A DNA stretch of 64,000 bases from Terriglobia bacterium (lineage in GTDB: Bacteria; Acidobacteriota; Terriglobia; 20CM-2-55-15), in assembly GCA_963664115.2 (NCBI GenBank), contig CAXWPJ010000002.1, positions 128,001-192,000 on the forward strand. The letters run 5' to 3'. The first letter of the stretch is position 1; the number at the start of each line of letters is the position of its first letter. The notes below the pieces were generated by a model. It did no database searches, had not been told where the DNA came from, and worked only from the letters and a program-made list of their open reading frames with translations. Shown here one piece after another: positions 49,567 through 59,578 of the stretch. The translations under genes were made by a program, and so were the position numbers.

Positions 49567-50532
49567 ATGTCCAACCAATCCAGCGCTACCACGATTCCCC
49601 GTTTCGATGTCGTTGGGCTCGGATTGAATGCGATGGACTACATCACGGTCCTACCGCGGTTCCCCGAACCCCGGAGCAAGGTTCCGATCCAAGAAGTCCG
49701 TCTCGAGCCTGGGGGGCAGGTGGCCACTGCCCTAGCAACGTGCTGCCGGCTGGGTTTGACCGGAAGCTACATCGGATCTGTGGGTTCGGACCACCTGGGG
49801 ACGATACAGATGGAAAGTCTCCGTCAGGAAGGCATCGATACATCCCTCGTTCGGTCTGTCGCCGGCGCCACGAGCCAGCTGGCTTTCGCTCTCGTCGAAG
49901 CAGGTGTCGGCGAACGAACAATCCTATGGCACCGTGATGCAAAGCTGATTTTCCCACCCTCGGCCCTCACCAGGAACATGGTCACGGCCGGCCGTATCCT
50001 GCATCTGGACGGGCGCGACAGTGGGGCCGCGCTCCAGGCAGCCCGGTGGGCGCGGGAGGCCGGCATTCCGATCGTGATCGATATCGACCAGATATACGAC
50101 CCGACGACGCACGAACTCCTGGCCCGGGTGGATTACCTGATCGCGGCGGAGGATTTTGCCGCGGATCTCACCGGATACGATGACGAAGAACTCGCAGTCA
50201 AAGAACTGGCAGCGCGCTTTCCACAGGCCATGACGGGAATCACACTTGGCATGCGTGGAGCGATATTCCTGGACGGAGACCGCATCCTGCGTTCCCCGGC
50301 CTTCGACGTTACAGTTCGGGACACGACCGGCGCTGGCGACGTTTTCCACGGCGCCTTCATTTACGGAGTGCTCCAAGGCTGGCAGCTCCCCGAGACCATT
50401 CGTTTTGCCAACGCAACGGCCGCAATGAAATGCAGGGAACTCGGTGCCCGAACCGGAATACCACGATTCGGTGAAGTCGAGGAATTTTTGAAAACGGCTC
50501 GGGAAAGAATAGACAGCCAAGCCACGAAGTGA
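49567..50532 (+). CDS. PfkB family carbohydrate kinase
   Basis: PGGQVATA, DTTGAGDVFHG. Confidence 0.9.
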   Translation: MSNQSSATTIPRFDVVGLGLNAMDYITVLPRFPEPRSKVPIQEVRLEPGGQVATALATCCRLGLTGSYIGSVGSDHLGTIQMESLRQEGIDTSLVRSVAGATSQLAFALVEAGVGERTILWHRDAKLIFPPSALTRNMVTAGRILHLDGRDSGAALQAARWAREAGIPIVIDIDQIYDPTTHELLARVDYLIAAEDFAADLTGYDDEELAVKELAARFPQAMTGITLGMRGAIFLDGDRILRSPAFDVTVRDTTGAGDVFHGAFIYGVLQGWQLPETIRFANATAAMKCRELGARTGIPRFGEVEEFLKTARERIDSQATK

Positions 50533-50588
50533 GGGGCTGGCAGTAACACCTTCGTTGAACCGGGCGGGTCACGCGTCACTGAATTGAG

Positions 50589-51812
50589 CTATTCACTGCG
50601 ATAGGGTTGCCGCTTGAAGTCCCGCGCCTCGTCTCTCAGGTTTTCGGCACAATCGAGCGAGAGGACGATATCGTATTCTTCGATGGCACGGTCGCGCTCG
50701 CCCATCGCATCGTAAACCTTGCCGATCCAGAGATGGGCACGGCCCTGCACGTCCAGGATTTCGCTGTCGGTGAGGGTCGCGAAGGTATCCAGCGCAAGAA
50801 CTAACTCGGATCGACGGAGGTTTGCCTCGCCGATCTTGAACACGATCGGCTCGAAATCCATACGGTCATAGCCATCTTCACCGGTCACGACCTTGGCCAG
50901 AACCGTTTCATAGGTCCGGACAGCATCTTCCCATGACCGGAGCCGCTGGTAGACCGAAGCCTTAGCCGTTTCCAGCAGGAAGTTTCGCGGATACTGGGAG
51001 TGGAGATCCTCCAGTACCGCAAGGGATTTTTCGAACTCTCTTTCGCGGTTGTAGACGACGACCAGAACCATCTTCGCATTGGTCCGGCCACGTTCGCCCA
51101 GTTCCGCCGCGTACTCCAGTTCCCGGATCCCCGCCTCCTTGTCGCCGCGGATGCCGAATACGCCCAGCACGAAGCGAACAATTCCCGGGAGGACGCTGAG
51201 CGCATAGTCGTAGGTTCCTATTGTCAAGCGCGCGTCATTATAAGAAGGATCTAGATCGAGAACGTGCAGGTGGTCTTCACGGGCCTTCTTTGCAGCACTG
51301 TTCGCTGCCAGATAGGCGCGCTTCACCGTCGCTTCAAAGCTAGCCAGCATTCCGTAGGCCACACCCCGATTGTAGAGTGCTTCGATGTTGTCCGGGTCTT
51401 CTTCGAGCGTCGTGTCGGAGATTTGGATTGCCTGGTCGAGAACGTCCCGGAGGCGGGTTTCCCTCTCTCGGTTCACCCTGTCGTTGGAACTGTCGCCGCC
51501 AAGACGGTTTCCCATATAACTGTCCAGACCGAGCTTTTCCTGTTCGAAGACGATCTTCAGCCAGATCGAGGAGGCCAGAAGATTCCACATCCGGGCGCTT
51601 TCCGGGGCGCCATCGACCAGGGCTTCTAACTTTTGCTCGGCCACGTCAAAATCGAGGCTGTACAATGCATCAAGAACCTGCGGATCGACCTGATCCAATT
51701 CAGTCCGGGCAACCTGAGCTCTGAGGGGACCCGCATGAACCAGAACGAATGACACAACGAGAACACTCGCCAGGGCCCAACGCGTTGCAATGATCCCTTT
51801 TCGAGACAACAT
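50589..51812 (-). CDS. Exported TPR protein
   Basis: TPR-like helices (EALYNRGVAYG, AHLWIGKVYD); start uncertain. Confidence 0.75.
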   Translation of the reverse strand: MLSRKGIIATRWALASVLVVSFVLVHAGPLRAQVARTELDQVDPQVLDALYSLDFDVAEQKLEALVDGAPESARMWNLLASSIWLKIVFEQEKLGLDSYMGNRLGGDSSNDRVNRERETRLRDVLDQAIQISDTTLEEDPDNIEALYNRGVAYGMLASFEATVKRAYLAANSAAKKAREDHLHVLDLDPSYNDARLTIGTYDYALSVLPGIVRFVLGVFGIRGDKEAGIRELEYAAELGERGRTNAKMVLVVVYNREREFEKSLAVLEDLHSQYPRNFLLETAKASVYQRLRSWEDAVRTYETVLAKVVTGEDGYDRMDFEPIVFKIGEANLRRSELVLALDTFATLTDSEILDVQGRAHLWIGKVYDAMGERDRAIEEYDIVLSLDCAENLRDEARDFKRQPYRSE

Positions 51813-52473
51813 TCGCTCTGAAACCGTGCCGTTCGTTACGCTGTCTCTCATTGTCGTCAATTCAATCATCTTCCTTTACGAACTCTCCCTCGGATCGGAT
51901 CTCCAAGCCTTTATTTTCAGCTACGGCCTTATTCCAAACAATGTATTCCAATGGCCCACCTCAGGGCAATCTTTTGCGTCAATCACTGCTCCCTACCTCA
52001 CGTCCATGTTCCTGCACGGCGGCTGGCTGCATCTGATCGGTAACATGTGGTACCTCTGGATCTTCGGTGATAATGTGGAAGACCGCCTGGGACACGGCCG
52101 GTTCCTGGTGTTCTACCTGCTGGCCGGCCTCGGAGCCGGGTTCATCCACACCGGTGTCAATTACTACGTCGTAATCCCCAGCGTCGGCGCGAGTGGAGCC
52201 ATCGCCGGTGTCCTGGGAGCCTACCTTCTGCTCTACCCCTTTGCCCGTGTCACGACACTCATTCCCATATTCTTTTTCTGGCCAATCGTCGAAATTCCGG
52301 CTGTGATCGTCCTCGGCCTCTGGTTCCTCATGCAGTTTCTCTCCGGAACGAGTGCCCTCTCCGTTGCCGATGCCACAGCTGGAGGTGTCGCCTGGTGGGC
52401 CCACATTGGTGGTTTCCTCGTGGGCATGGTCCTGCTCGTCGTGTTCCGGGGCCCGAAGCGGGGCCGCGCTTAA
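51790..52473 (+). CDS. Rhomboid intramembrane serine protease
   Basis: FLHGGWLHLIGNM, GASGAIAG, AHIGG. Confidence 0.93.
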   Translation: MIPFRDNIRSETVPFVTLSLIVVNSIIFLYELSLGSDLQAFIFSYGLIPNNVFQWPTSGQSFASITAPYLTSMFLHGGWLHLIGNMWYLWIFGDNVEDRLGHGRFLVFYLLAGLGAGFIHTGVNYYVVIPSVGASGAIAGVLGAYLLLYPFARVTTLIPIFFFWPIVEIPAVIVLGLWFLMQFLSGTSALSVADATAGGVAWWAHIGGFLVGMVLLVVFRGPKRGRA

Positions 52474-52533
52474 GGATTTAGACGCCGGTCGGCCTTTTTG
52501 GACACCAAGCCATGGAGAAGGACTGGGGTTGCA

Positions 52534-53864
52534 TCAGCCGACGACAAGGTATCGGGCCAGAATCAAGATCGTGAATATCCAGATCAGCCAGTGCAGATTC
52601 CGGTACCGTCCGGATACGAGGCTCAAGAGCGCATAGCTGATCAAGCCGAAAGCGATGCCATCGGTGATCGAGAACGTGAACGGAATGACGGTAATCGTAA
52701 TAAACGCCGGGATGTATTCGTGAGGATTGTCCCAGGCGATCTGTCCAACATTTCGCATCATGAACGCGCCCACGATGATCAGGGCCGGCGCAACAGTCGG
52801 ATACAGAGTCAGACCCGACGCATCCGTGTGTCCGGCGCCTATCATCCGGGCGAGCGGCGCGAAGAACAGGGCGAGGAGAAACATGCCTGCCGTCACGATA
52901 TTCGCCAGACCCGTGCGTGCCCCTTCCGCGACACCGGTCGCGCTCTCGATATAGCTGACGATCGTTGAATTCCCGATGAGGCCGGATGCCGTCGTACCAA
53001 TGGCATCCGCCATCAGCGCCTCTTTTGCGCGTGGCAAATCCTCACCTTTCATAAAATTGCCCTGATGCGCGATGCCGATAAGCGAACCGATACTGTCGAA
53101 TAGATCCAGGAAAAACAAAATGAAGATCACTGGAAGCGCTCCGATGCTGAGGGCACCGGCGATATCCAGTTGAAGAGCAACAGGAGCGATGGACGGGGGC
53201 GGCGCGAACACCCCTTCGAAGCGGACCACCCCCAGAAACAGCCCCAGTGCCGTACTCGTAAAAATACCTGCGAGTATCGCGCCACGTTGACGTCTCACCA
53301 AAAGGATCATCGTCACGGCTAGCCCTGCCGTCGACATCCAGACCGCAGGCGCTCCGAGGTCTCCCAGCGCGACCAGGGTCGCGGGATTGGCCCCGACAAA
53401 GCCGCCCCACTCCAGCCCCACAAGCGTAATCAGCAAACCGATACCGACAGCGATTCCGTATTTCAACGACCCGGGTATTGCATGCACAAGGGCTTCCCTT
53501 AGCCCCCAGAGCGATATCACCAGGAACAGAACGCCGGATATGAAGACGGCCCCAACGCAACCTGCCAGGTGAAACCCATAGCGCCCACAACCGTGAATAC
53601 AAAGAAGAAGTTGTGACCCATCGCTGGAGCCAGAGCGATGGGATAGTTCGCAAGGAAGGCCATCAGCAGGGTGGAAAAGGCACTGATGAGACAGGTCGCC
53701 GCGAGGACGGCATCGAAGTCCATCCCTGTCGTACTCATCACAGCCGGCTGAACGAAGACGATGTAGGACATCGTCATGAAAGTCGTCGCGCCACCCAGCA
53801 ACTCGGTCCGGTAGCTTGAACCGGCAGCGGCGACACCAAAGGTCCGCTCAAGTCACTCGGACAT
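52534..53864 (-). pseudogene. NCS2/AzgA-type purine permease, disrupted
   Basis: In-frame TGA at codon 4 (53853-53855) and a 1-nt loss in the G-run near 53550; ELLGGATTFMTMSYI, APAMGHNFFF, YIESATGV.EG.RTGL. Confidence 0.8.
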
Positions 53865-53865
53865 G

Positions 53866-56800
53866 CTAGAACCGAAGACGCAGACCCAATTGAATTTGGC
53901 GGGGCGCGAAGGCTGAGGTAAAACCGAGTGGGTCTGTCGCCGCCCGCGAGGGATCCCCTTGCACGTCAAACGCACTTAGAGACGTTCCGACAACGTTATT
54001 CACGCCGGAATAATTGACTCGGTTAAAGAGGTTGAACGCTTCGGCCATGACTTCGATCCGCGAGTTGCGATTCCGGAAAATAAAAGCTTTGGTCACGCGT
54101 AGATCCAAACTTGCAAAACCGGGACCGCGACCCGTATTGCGTCCGGCGAAGGGCGGGCGGTCGGTATTCGCATTCGTGTCTCCGTTAGCGTCAAAACCCA
54201 TCAGCAGGTTGAAGGGATGGCCGCTCGCAATCGTCAGGATTGGAGACATGGTGAGATCGGCGAGTACCTTGCCAATGCCGAAGCCGCGTTCAAACGGAGA
54301 CGTGAATACACCACTCATGACGAAACGATGGCGTTGATCATAGGCCGATAGCGAGCGTTCAGCCTGAAGATCCAACTGGTTCGCAGCCTGGAGGTCGGTT
54401 ATGAAATCGACCGTGTCGTCGATGCCTTTCGACCAGGTGTAGGATGCCTGAAACTCGTAAAAGTCACTGAATCGTTTGCGTGCCGTTGCGGTCATCCCGT
54501 GATAGATGGAATTCCCGGACGATTCGACTTGGTTGTCCTGTAACACTCCAGGGTCGCGGGGTCCGAAGGTCGGCCCGAATGCGTTACTCCCCGTAACTCT
54601 AAGATTCGCGTTCCGGGAACGAAGCAGCTTCGTCCCACGGTTCATCAGGTAACCGACACTCGCCGCCATGTCGGTTCCAAACTCCCGTTCCACTGCGAAA
54701 CTGACTTGTTGGCTGTACGGATTTACCAGATCGGGAGCTGAACGCAACAACACCGGGGGCGTGGTGCCGGGATCGAGACCGAGCGGTGCGATGTCGGCCG
54801 CGGTGATTTGACGGGATCCAATAATTCCCTGCTGCTTCAACGATCCCCATATCTGGGCTGAAGTTGCAGTAATCCCTAGCTGAGGCAAGCCCGTCAAAGG
54901 CACGAACAGCTGGGATATTTGGGTCCCGTTAAGCACTCTTTCGATGAACACCACCGCCTGATAGACCGAGGCATAGTAAATTCCATAACCGCCCCGAATG
55001 ACTGTGCGCTGATCGGGACTGTATGCGAACCCGATTCGGGGCGCGATGTTATTCATGTCCCGATTCAAAGGCGTCGGTTGGAGTTCCACGTCGTAGCGCA
55101 GACCCAGATTCAGCGTCAGGGATGGAGACACCCGGAATTTGTCCTGAACGTAAGCGGCAACGAGTTTGTTCTCAAGGTCCGCGACCGGATCTCCGAAGCC
55201 CTGCTGATACGCCAGCGGCAGACCCAGATTGAATGCCTGAAGAGAGTTGATCGGTGCCGACAACGCGGGTAAGAGGTCCGCACGTCCCAAACTCGCCAAT
55301 CCGGCCCCAACGACAGCGGCGGTACCGAAACCGCCCACCTTGTCAATCAACGAATACAGAGGAATAGCCTCTCCAAAAATGAAGCGGCTGCCAAAAAATA
55401 TTTCAGTTCTCGTATCCAGGAGCAGGTAGTGAAAATCCCCGCCGAACTTCAGCTCGTGATCTCCCGACACGAGCGTAAAGTTATCGACCCACTGAAACCG
55501 TTTTTCTGTTCGAAACGAAGGCAGGAAAAAATCACGCCCCAGAAGCGCCGTCCCGTTGATGTTGATCTCAGGTCCGAACGCGTCGGCAGGTATCGAATTA
55601 AACTCTCTCTGCGCAAACTGAAAGCGGAATTCGTTCACGCGATTGGAGTCGAAGAAATGCGAATCTCCAAACACCACGCCAAAATCCTGAATCTGGTGAT
55701 TGACTCCTCTGGAAGGTCCTTTCAGGCCGCCAAACGATCCGCCGATCGTATCAACATCGGAGAAATTCGTCCGCAGGAACAGTTGGTTACTGCCTGTCGC
55801 CTGGTGATCGATCCGTAAGGATGTGCGATTGTCGCTGTTTCGGAAGGGAAACACGCCGCTGTTTTCCCGTAAGAGCTGAATCGTTTCCGGGTATGCCACT
55901 TCGGAAGTCGTCAAAACGCCGCGCAGCGCAGAACCGAGCGCCTGGAAGGATGGAACCGGAGCAGAGACAAGTGCCTGGATCAACGATTCCTGAGACGGCG
56001 TGGGCTGGAACAATTCTTCGCTTTCGAGGAAGGTCGAGAAATTCGATTCCCTCTGGCGCAACCCTTCGTAAGACAAAAAGAAAAAACTGCGGTTGGGGAC
56101 AATCGGCCCACCGAGGCTGAAACCACTTTGGAGTCTGGAAAACGGCGGATCGATATTGGTTCCCCCGGGTCCAAATGCAAAGGGGTTCCGCGCATCCAGG
56201 GCCTGATCCCGAAGAAAAGCGAATATCGTTCCCGACAGATCGTTGGCCCCGGAACGTGAAACGATATTGATCAACCCGCCGGCTGCCCTGCCGAACTCCG
56301 CCGAGTAGTTCGAACGATTGATCTGAAATTCCTGGACAGCTTCCTGGCTGAGGGTTGACCGGACGGTCGCCACGGCGTTGTCGTTGTTGTCCACACCGTC
56401 AATGGTCACGCTGTTGGAACGGCCGCTCTGACCCGCAAACGAGAGCCCCGAATCGGGTGCCTGAGGCAGCGAGAAAGAGATCAATGCGTCTGAATCGGTG
56501 ACGCCGGGCGTCAGCAGGGAAAAATCCAGAAAATCCCGCCGATTGATGGGCAGGTTATCGATTCGGAATTCGCTGATGGTGTCCGCCTGCTGCGTCTTTT
56601 CCAGTTCAAGCAAAGGGGCCTGACCGATCACCAGTATCTCCTCCTGGAGTTCGGCCGGTGTTAATCGTATGTCGATGTTGAGGCTTTGCCCCACCTGGAG
56701 TTGAATCGGGCGCCGGGTCTGGATGGCGAATCCCTCAACCTCGAAGCGCAGTTGGTAGGAACCGGGGGTTAAAATGAAAAAGCGGTAGGTCCCATCGTTA

Positions 56801-56982
56801 CCGGTCGTGGTGCGACGGCTCACACCGGTATTACTGTGGGTGATCGTAACGGAAACGCCCGTTACGAGGGCTCCATCCGGATCGAGAACCCTCCCGCGGA
56901 TGTCTCCCGACGACATCTGGGCCTGCGAACCACCGCTCACGGCGATTGCGCATATCAGGCAGATGCTACCGATAATCTTCAT
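53866..56982 (-). CDS. TonB-dependent receptor (Oar-like, N-terminal carboxypeptidase-regulatory domain)
   Basis: LPINRRDF, DGVDNND, EFQINRSNYSAEFG, LGLRYD, PRQIQLGLRLRF. Confidence 0.92.
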   Translation of the reverse strand: MKIIGSICLICAIAVSGGSQAQMSSGDIRGRVLDPDGALVTGVSVTITHSNTGVSRRTTTGNDGTYRFFILTPGSYQLRFEVEGFAIQTRRPIQLQVGQSLNIDIRLTPAELQEEILVIGQAPLLELEKTQQADTISEFRIDNLPINRRDFLDFSLLTPGVTDSDALISFSLPQAPDSGLSFAGQSGRSNSVTIDGVDNNDNAVATVRSTLSQEAVQEFQINRSNYSAEFGRAAGGLINIVSRSGANDLSGTIFAFLRDQALDARNPFAFGPGGTNIDPPFSRLQSGFSLGGPIVPNRSFFFLSYEGLRQRESNFSTFLESEELFQPTPSQESLIQALVSAPVPSFQALGSALRGVLTTSEVAYPETIQLLRENSGVFPFRNSDNRTSLRIDHQATGSNQLFLRTNFSDVDTIGGSFGGLKGPSRGVNHQIQDFGVVFGDSHFFDSNRVNEFRFQFAQREFNSIPADAFGPEININGTALLGRDFFLPSFRTEKRFQWVDNFTLVSGDHELKFGGDFHYLLLDTRTEIFFGSRFIFGEAIPLYSLIDKVGGFGTAAVVGAGLASLGRADLLPALSAPINSLQAFNLGLPLAYQQGFGDPVADLENKLVAAYVQDKFRVSPSLTLNLGLRYDVELQPTPLNRDMNNIAPRIGFAYSPDQRTVIRGGYGIYYASVYQAVVFIERVLNGTQISQLFVPLTGLPQLGITATSAQIWGSLKQQGIIGSRQITAADIAPLGLDPGTTPPVLLRSAPDLVNPYSQQVSFAVEREFGTDMAASVGYLMNRGTKLLRSRNANLRVTGSNAFGPTFGPRDPGVLQDNQVESSGNSIYHGMTATARKRFSDFYEFQASYTWSKGIDDTVDFITDLQAANQLDLQAERSLSAYDQRHRFVMSGVFTSPFERGFGIGKVLADLTMSPILTIASGHPFNLLMGFDANGDTNANTDRPPFAGRNTGRGPGFASLDLRVTKAFIFRNRNSRIEVMAEAFNLFNRVNYSGVNNVVGTSLSAFDVQGDPSRAATDPLGFTSAFAPRQIQLGLRLRF

Positions 56983-57950
56983 CGCCCTTCCCCGGGTTCA
57001 GAAAGTTTTTCCTTCTTCTTCAGCTTCTTGTGCTCGTTTCGGAGATTCTCAAGGTGCACCCGTTCTTCGTCGGCGAAATCGCGAAACATTTTTCGTCCGC
57101 GAGGGTCGTCCATCTGCTTTGCAAATTCAGTGAAAAACCGATGCGACTTCCGTTCGAGGTCAATCGCAATTTCGAGGGCCTCCAGGTGCGTCGTTCTATC
57201 CCGAACATTAACGTTAAGCAGTTCTCGTTCCGGAAAAATCTGATCGGCAATTTTCCGGCTCACTGGAAGGCGAGTCGGTTCCCGTCGAAGCCACCCATGC
57301 GCTTCGATCAGGGCCCGGTATTCGTGCTGCAGCTTGTCCAGATGTTCGGATTCCTCTGCTGCCAAATCCTGGAACATCCGTCTGCCGCGGGGGTTTTGGG
57401 TCTTCTTTGAGGCGTTTATGTAGAAGCTGTAGCCTCGCCGCTCCACTGCCAATGTCAATTCGAGTGCATCCCGGGCGAATATTTTCTGCTGCCTGTCTTT
57501 CGTGTCCAGACCCACCTCGCGAAGCTCCTGGGCGACACACTCCCGACAGAATCCGAAGATCGCGTAGCGGCTATAGACGGCCTGAAAATCGTTTTTGTCG
57601 GTTTCTTCCCGAATAAGATGTTCGATACGACGGGAAGGAAATTCCTGAGTATTGCCACATTGGTTGCATATGAAGTGAATATGGTTGGGCTGGTTGACCA
57701 GGGCCTCGTAGCGCGTCGTATCCGCAGTCTTAGACTGCCGGATCATTCCGGATTCGAGCAGGATCTTCAAGGTCCGATAGATCGTGGATAAGCCGATCCG
57801 ATGACCCTGCTCGAGAAGACGCTCCCGCATGTCCTCGACCGAGGGATGGTCCTCAGCCTTGAGTAAAGTTTCCCAGACCAGGGCCCGCTGGGAGGTCTTC
57901 TTGAGCTTGTTCTCCGACAGGAATTCCTGGAAGCGTTTTTTCTGCTTCAT
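56979..57950 (-). CDS. Fur-family regulator fused to ferritin-like/rubrerythrin domain
   Basis: TSQR, HPS, STIYRTL, HIHFICNQCG, GFCREC; then E..GY.FY...EESEH...E..SH.FF...EERVH. Confidence 0.85.
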   Translation of the reverse strand: MKQKKRFQEFLSENKLKKTSQRALVWETLLKAEDHPSVEDMRERLLEQGHRIGLSTIYRTLKILLESGMIRQSKTADTTRYEALVNQPNHIHFICNQCGNTQEFPSRRIEHLIREETDKNDFQAVYSRYAIFGFCRECVAQELREVGLDTKDRQQKIFARDALELTLAVERRGYSFYINASKKTQNPRGRRMFQDLAAEESEHLDKLQHEYRALIEAHGWLRREPTRLPVSRKIADQIFPERELLNVNVRDRTTHLEALEIAIDLERKSHRFFTEFAKQMDDPRGRKMFRDFADEERVHLENLRNEHKKLKKKEKLSEPGEGR

Positions 57951-58050
57951 CGGTCACGAATTATACAAGCACCGCGATTGAAGAACGAGGGAATCGCACC
58001 CCCACCGGTAAGCCGTCTTACGTTTGCCCAATATCCCTGTATGCTATAGT

Positions 58051-58070
58051 TTATGGATATAAATCCACAA
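58051..58070. promoter_or_regulatory. Imperfect palindrome after extended -10 box, candidate operator
   Basis: TTATGGAT-ATAA-ATCCACAA directly after TGCTATAGT. Confidence 0.35.
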
Positions 58071-58081
58071 GAGGATGACAC

Positions 58082-58645
58082 ATGAAAAACATTCTGCTTT
58101 TGACTCTTTTTTCTGTCGGCCTGGGAGCATGCACTTTCGAGATGCCGGAATCGGCCCTCGATGGTTCATCGGCTGCCGGAGGTCCCGGTTCCACAGCAAA
58201 TCTGCGGTCCGCACCGGAATTCGATCTTGCATCATTCGCAGGCGGAACGCTGAATTCCGAAGAACTCAAAGGCAAGGTATTGGTGGTGGATTTCTGGGCA
58301 ACCTGGTGCAGTCCCTGTATCGAAGAGATACCGAACTTCAACACCCTGCACGCTGAACAAGACAACGACAAGTTCGTTATGTTGGGCATCACGGTTGAAT
58401 CCGGATCCTATGAAGACGTCGAGCCCTATATCGAGCGTTTCGAAATCGAGTATCCCGTTGTCATGGGTGATGAGGATGTCGTGACCGGGTTCGGAGGCCT
58501 CATCGGCTTCCCGACGACATTCGTTGTCAGTCCGGATTGGAAGATCTATAAGAAGTACCTGGGCATGAAGACAGGAAAGAAGGAATTGATCGAGCAGGAC
58601 GTGATCGACTTGATTGGTTCCGAGGAAGTCGCGGAAATCTTTTAA
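58082..58645 (+). CDS. TlpA/ResA-like thiol-disulfide oxidoreductase lipoprotein
   Basis: LGAC lipobox; DFWATWCSPC; FPTTF. Confidence 0.9.
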   Translation: MKNILLLTLFSVGLGACTFEMPESALDGSSAAGGPGSTANLRSAPEFDLASFAGGTLNSEELKGKVLVVDFWATWCSPCIEEIPNFNTLHAEQDNDKFVMLGITVESGSYEDVEPYIERFEIEYPVVMGDEDVVTGFGGLIGFPTTFVVSPDWKIYKKYLGMKTGKKELIEQDVIDLIGSEEVAEIF

Positions 58646-58670
58646 CTGAATTCATCCCTGCAGGAACACG

Positions 58671-58699
58671 AAAAAGGCGGCCTGGCAGCCGCCTTTTTT
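58671..58699. terminator. Bidirectional intrinsic terminator
   Basis: AAAAAGGCGGC-ctggca-GCCGCCTTTTTT. Confidence 0.85.
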
Positions 58700-58721
58700 A
58701 TTGCTTCCTGTGCGGGTCAAC

Positions 58722-59531
58722 TTACAGAGGGAGGCTTAGAGAAAAAAGCAGAAACTTGGAGAAAAACTCCCCAAAGAGGACAGCCACGACCGCAACGTAC
58801 AGCAAACCCGTCGCCGCCTGCGTATGCCCGAGCTTCAAGGTACTCCATATCATGGCGCCAAGCACGATCGGCACAACAACACCAAACATCACACGGGGCC
58901 AAAAGAACAATCCCTGACGCACAAACAGCTCCGAGGCGATATTTACAAGGGTGACATCCTGCTGTATTTCGAGCACGACCAGACTCAAGACAATAGTCAC
59001 GACGCGAAACGCGATCGCACCGATATACACCTTCGTCAAGAGCTTTAACGGATCGATTGGCAGCTTGGGCACGATCAGATACCAGTGTCCAAAAACCATT
59101 GCGAGCATGACCGATCCGAGCAATGCTGTCGCACCCAGGTGGTTCAACACCAAAACCCAGTGCTCCCACCCCCCGAGCTCCAGCAACAGGGTGAAGGCGA
59201 GCGAATCCATCGTGATAGAGACCAACCCGATCGCTGTGGCCAGGGCCAGTAAAACCAGCGCAGGCCGATATTTTTCAACGTGGACGGTGCGGTTGTACAT
59301 ACCGGCCAGAATCCCGGAAGCCAGAAGAAGTATGGCCGGCCACGCGCTCTCCCGCACGGGTGAAGCGAATAAAAAATCAAATCCGAGCGTGACACCTATC
59401 AACACGCCCGCCGTTTGGCTGGCAAACTTGAAAAAACTATTCCCGATCACCCGGGGAGAAATAAACAGCAGCGTCCACAGCATGCCAACGGCCAACTGGG
59501 AAAATAAAAAGAAAAACGTCGAGGAAATCAT
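58722..59531 (-). CDS. Multi-pass membrane protein (GHWYL motif)
   Basis: About 8 TM segments; MVFGHWYL; TQAATGLLY. Confidence 0.75.
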   Translation of the reverse strand: MISSTFFFLFSQLAVGMLWTLLFISPRVIGNSFFKFASQTAGVLIGVTLGFDFLFASPVRESAWPAILLLASGILAGMYNRTVHVEKYRPALVLLALATAIGLVSITMDSLAFTLLLELGGWEHWVLVLNHLGATALLGSVMLAMVFGHWYLIVPKLPIDPLKLLTKVYIGAIAFRVVTIVLSLVVLEIQQDVTLVNIASELFVRQGLFFWPRVMFGVVVPIVLGAMIWSTLKLGHTQAATGLLYVAVVAVLFGEFFSKFLLFSLSLPL

Positions 59532-59578
59532 GATCTAAACTTCGGAGCCAACCCAATATAGCATTCATCGAAGCGGAC

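Noticed and set aside
53853-53855. Selenocysteine at the TGA in the NCS2 gene
   Set aside because: Non-catalytic N-terminal position, no Cys motif, no SECIS recognised, and the gene also has a frameshift
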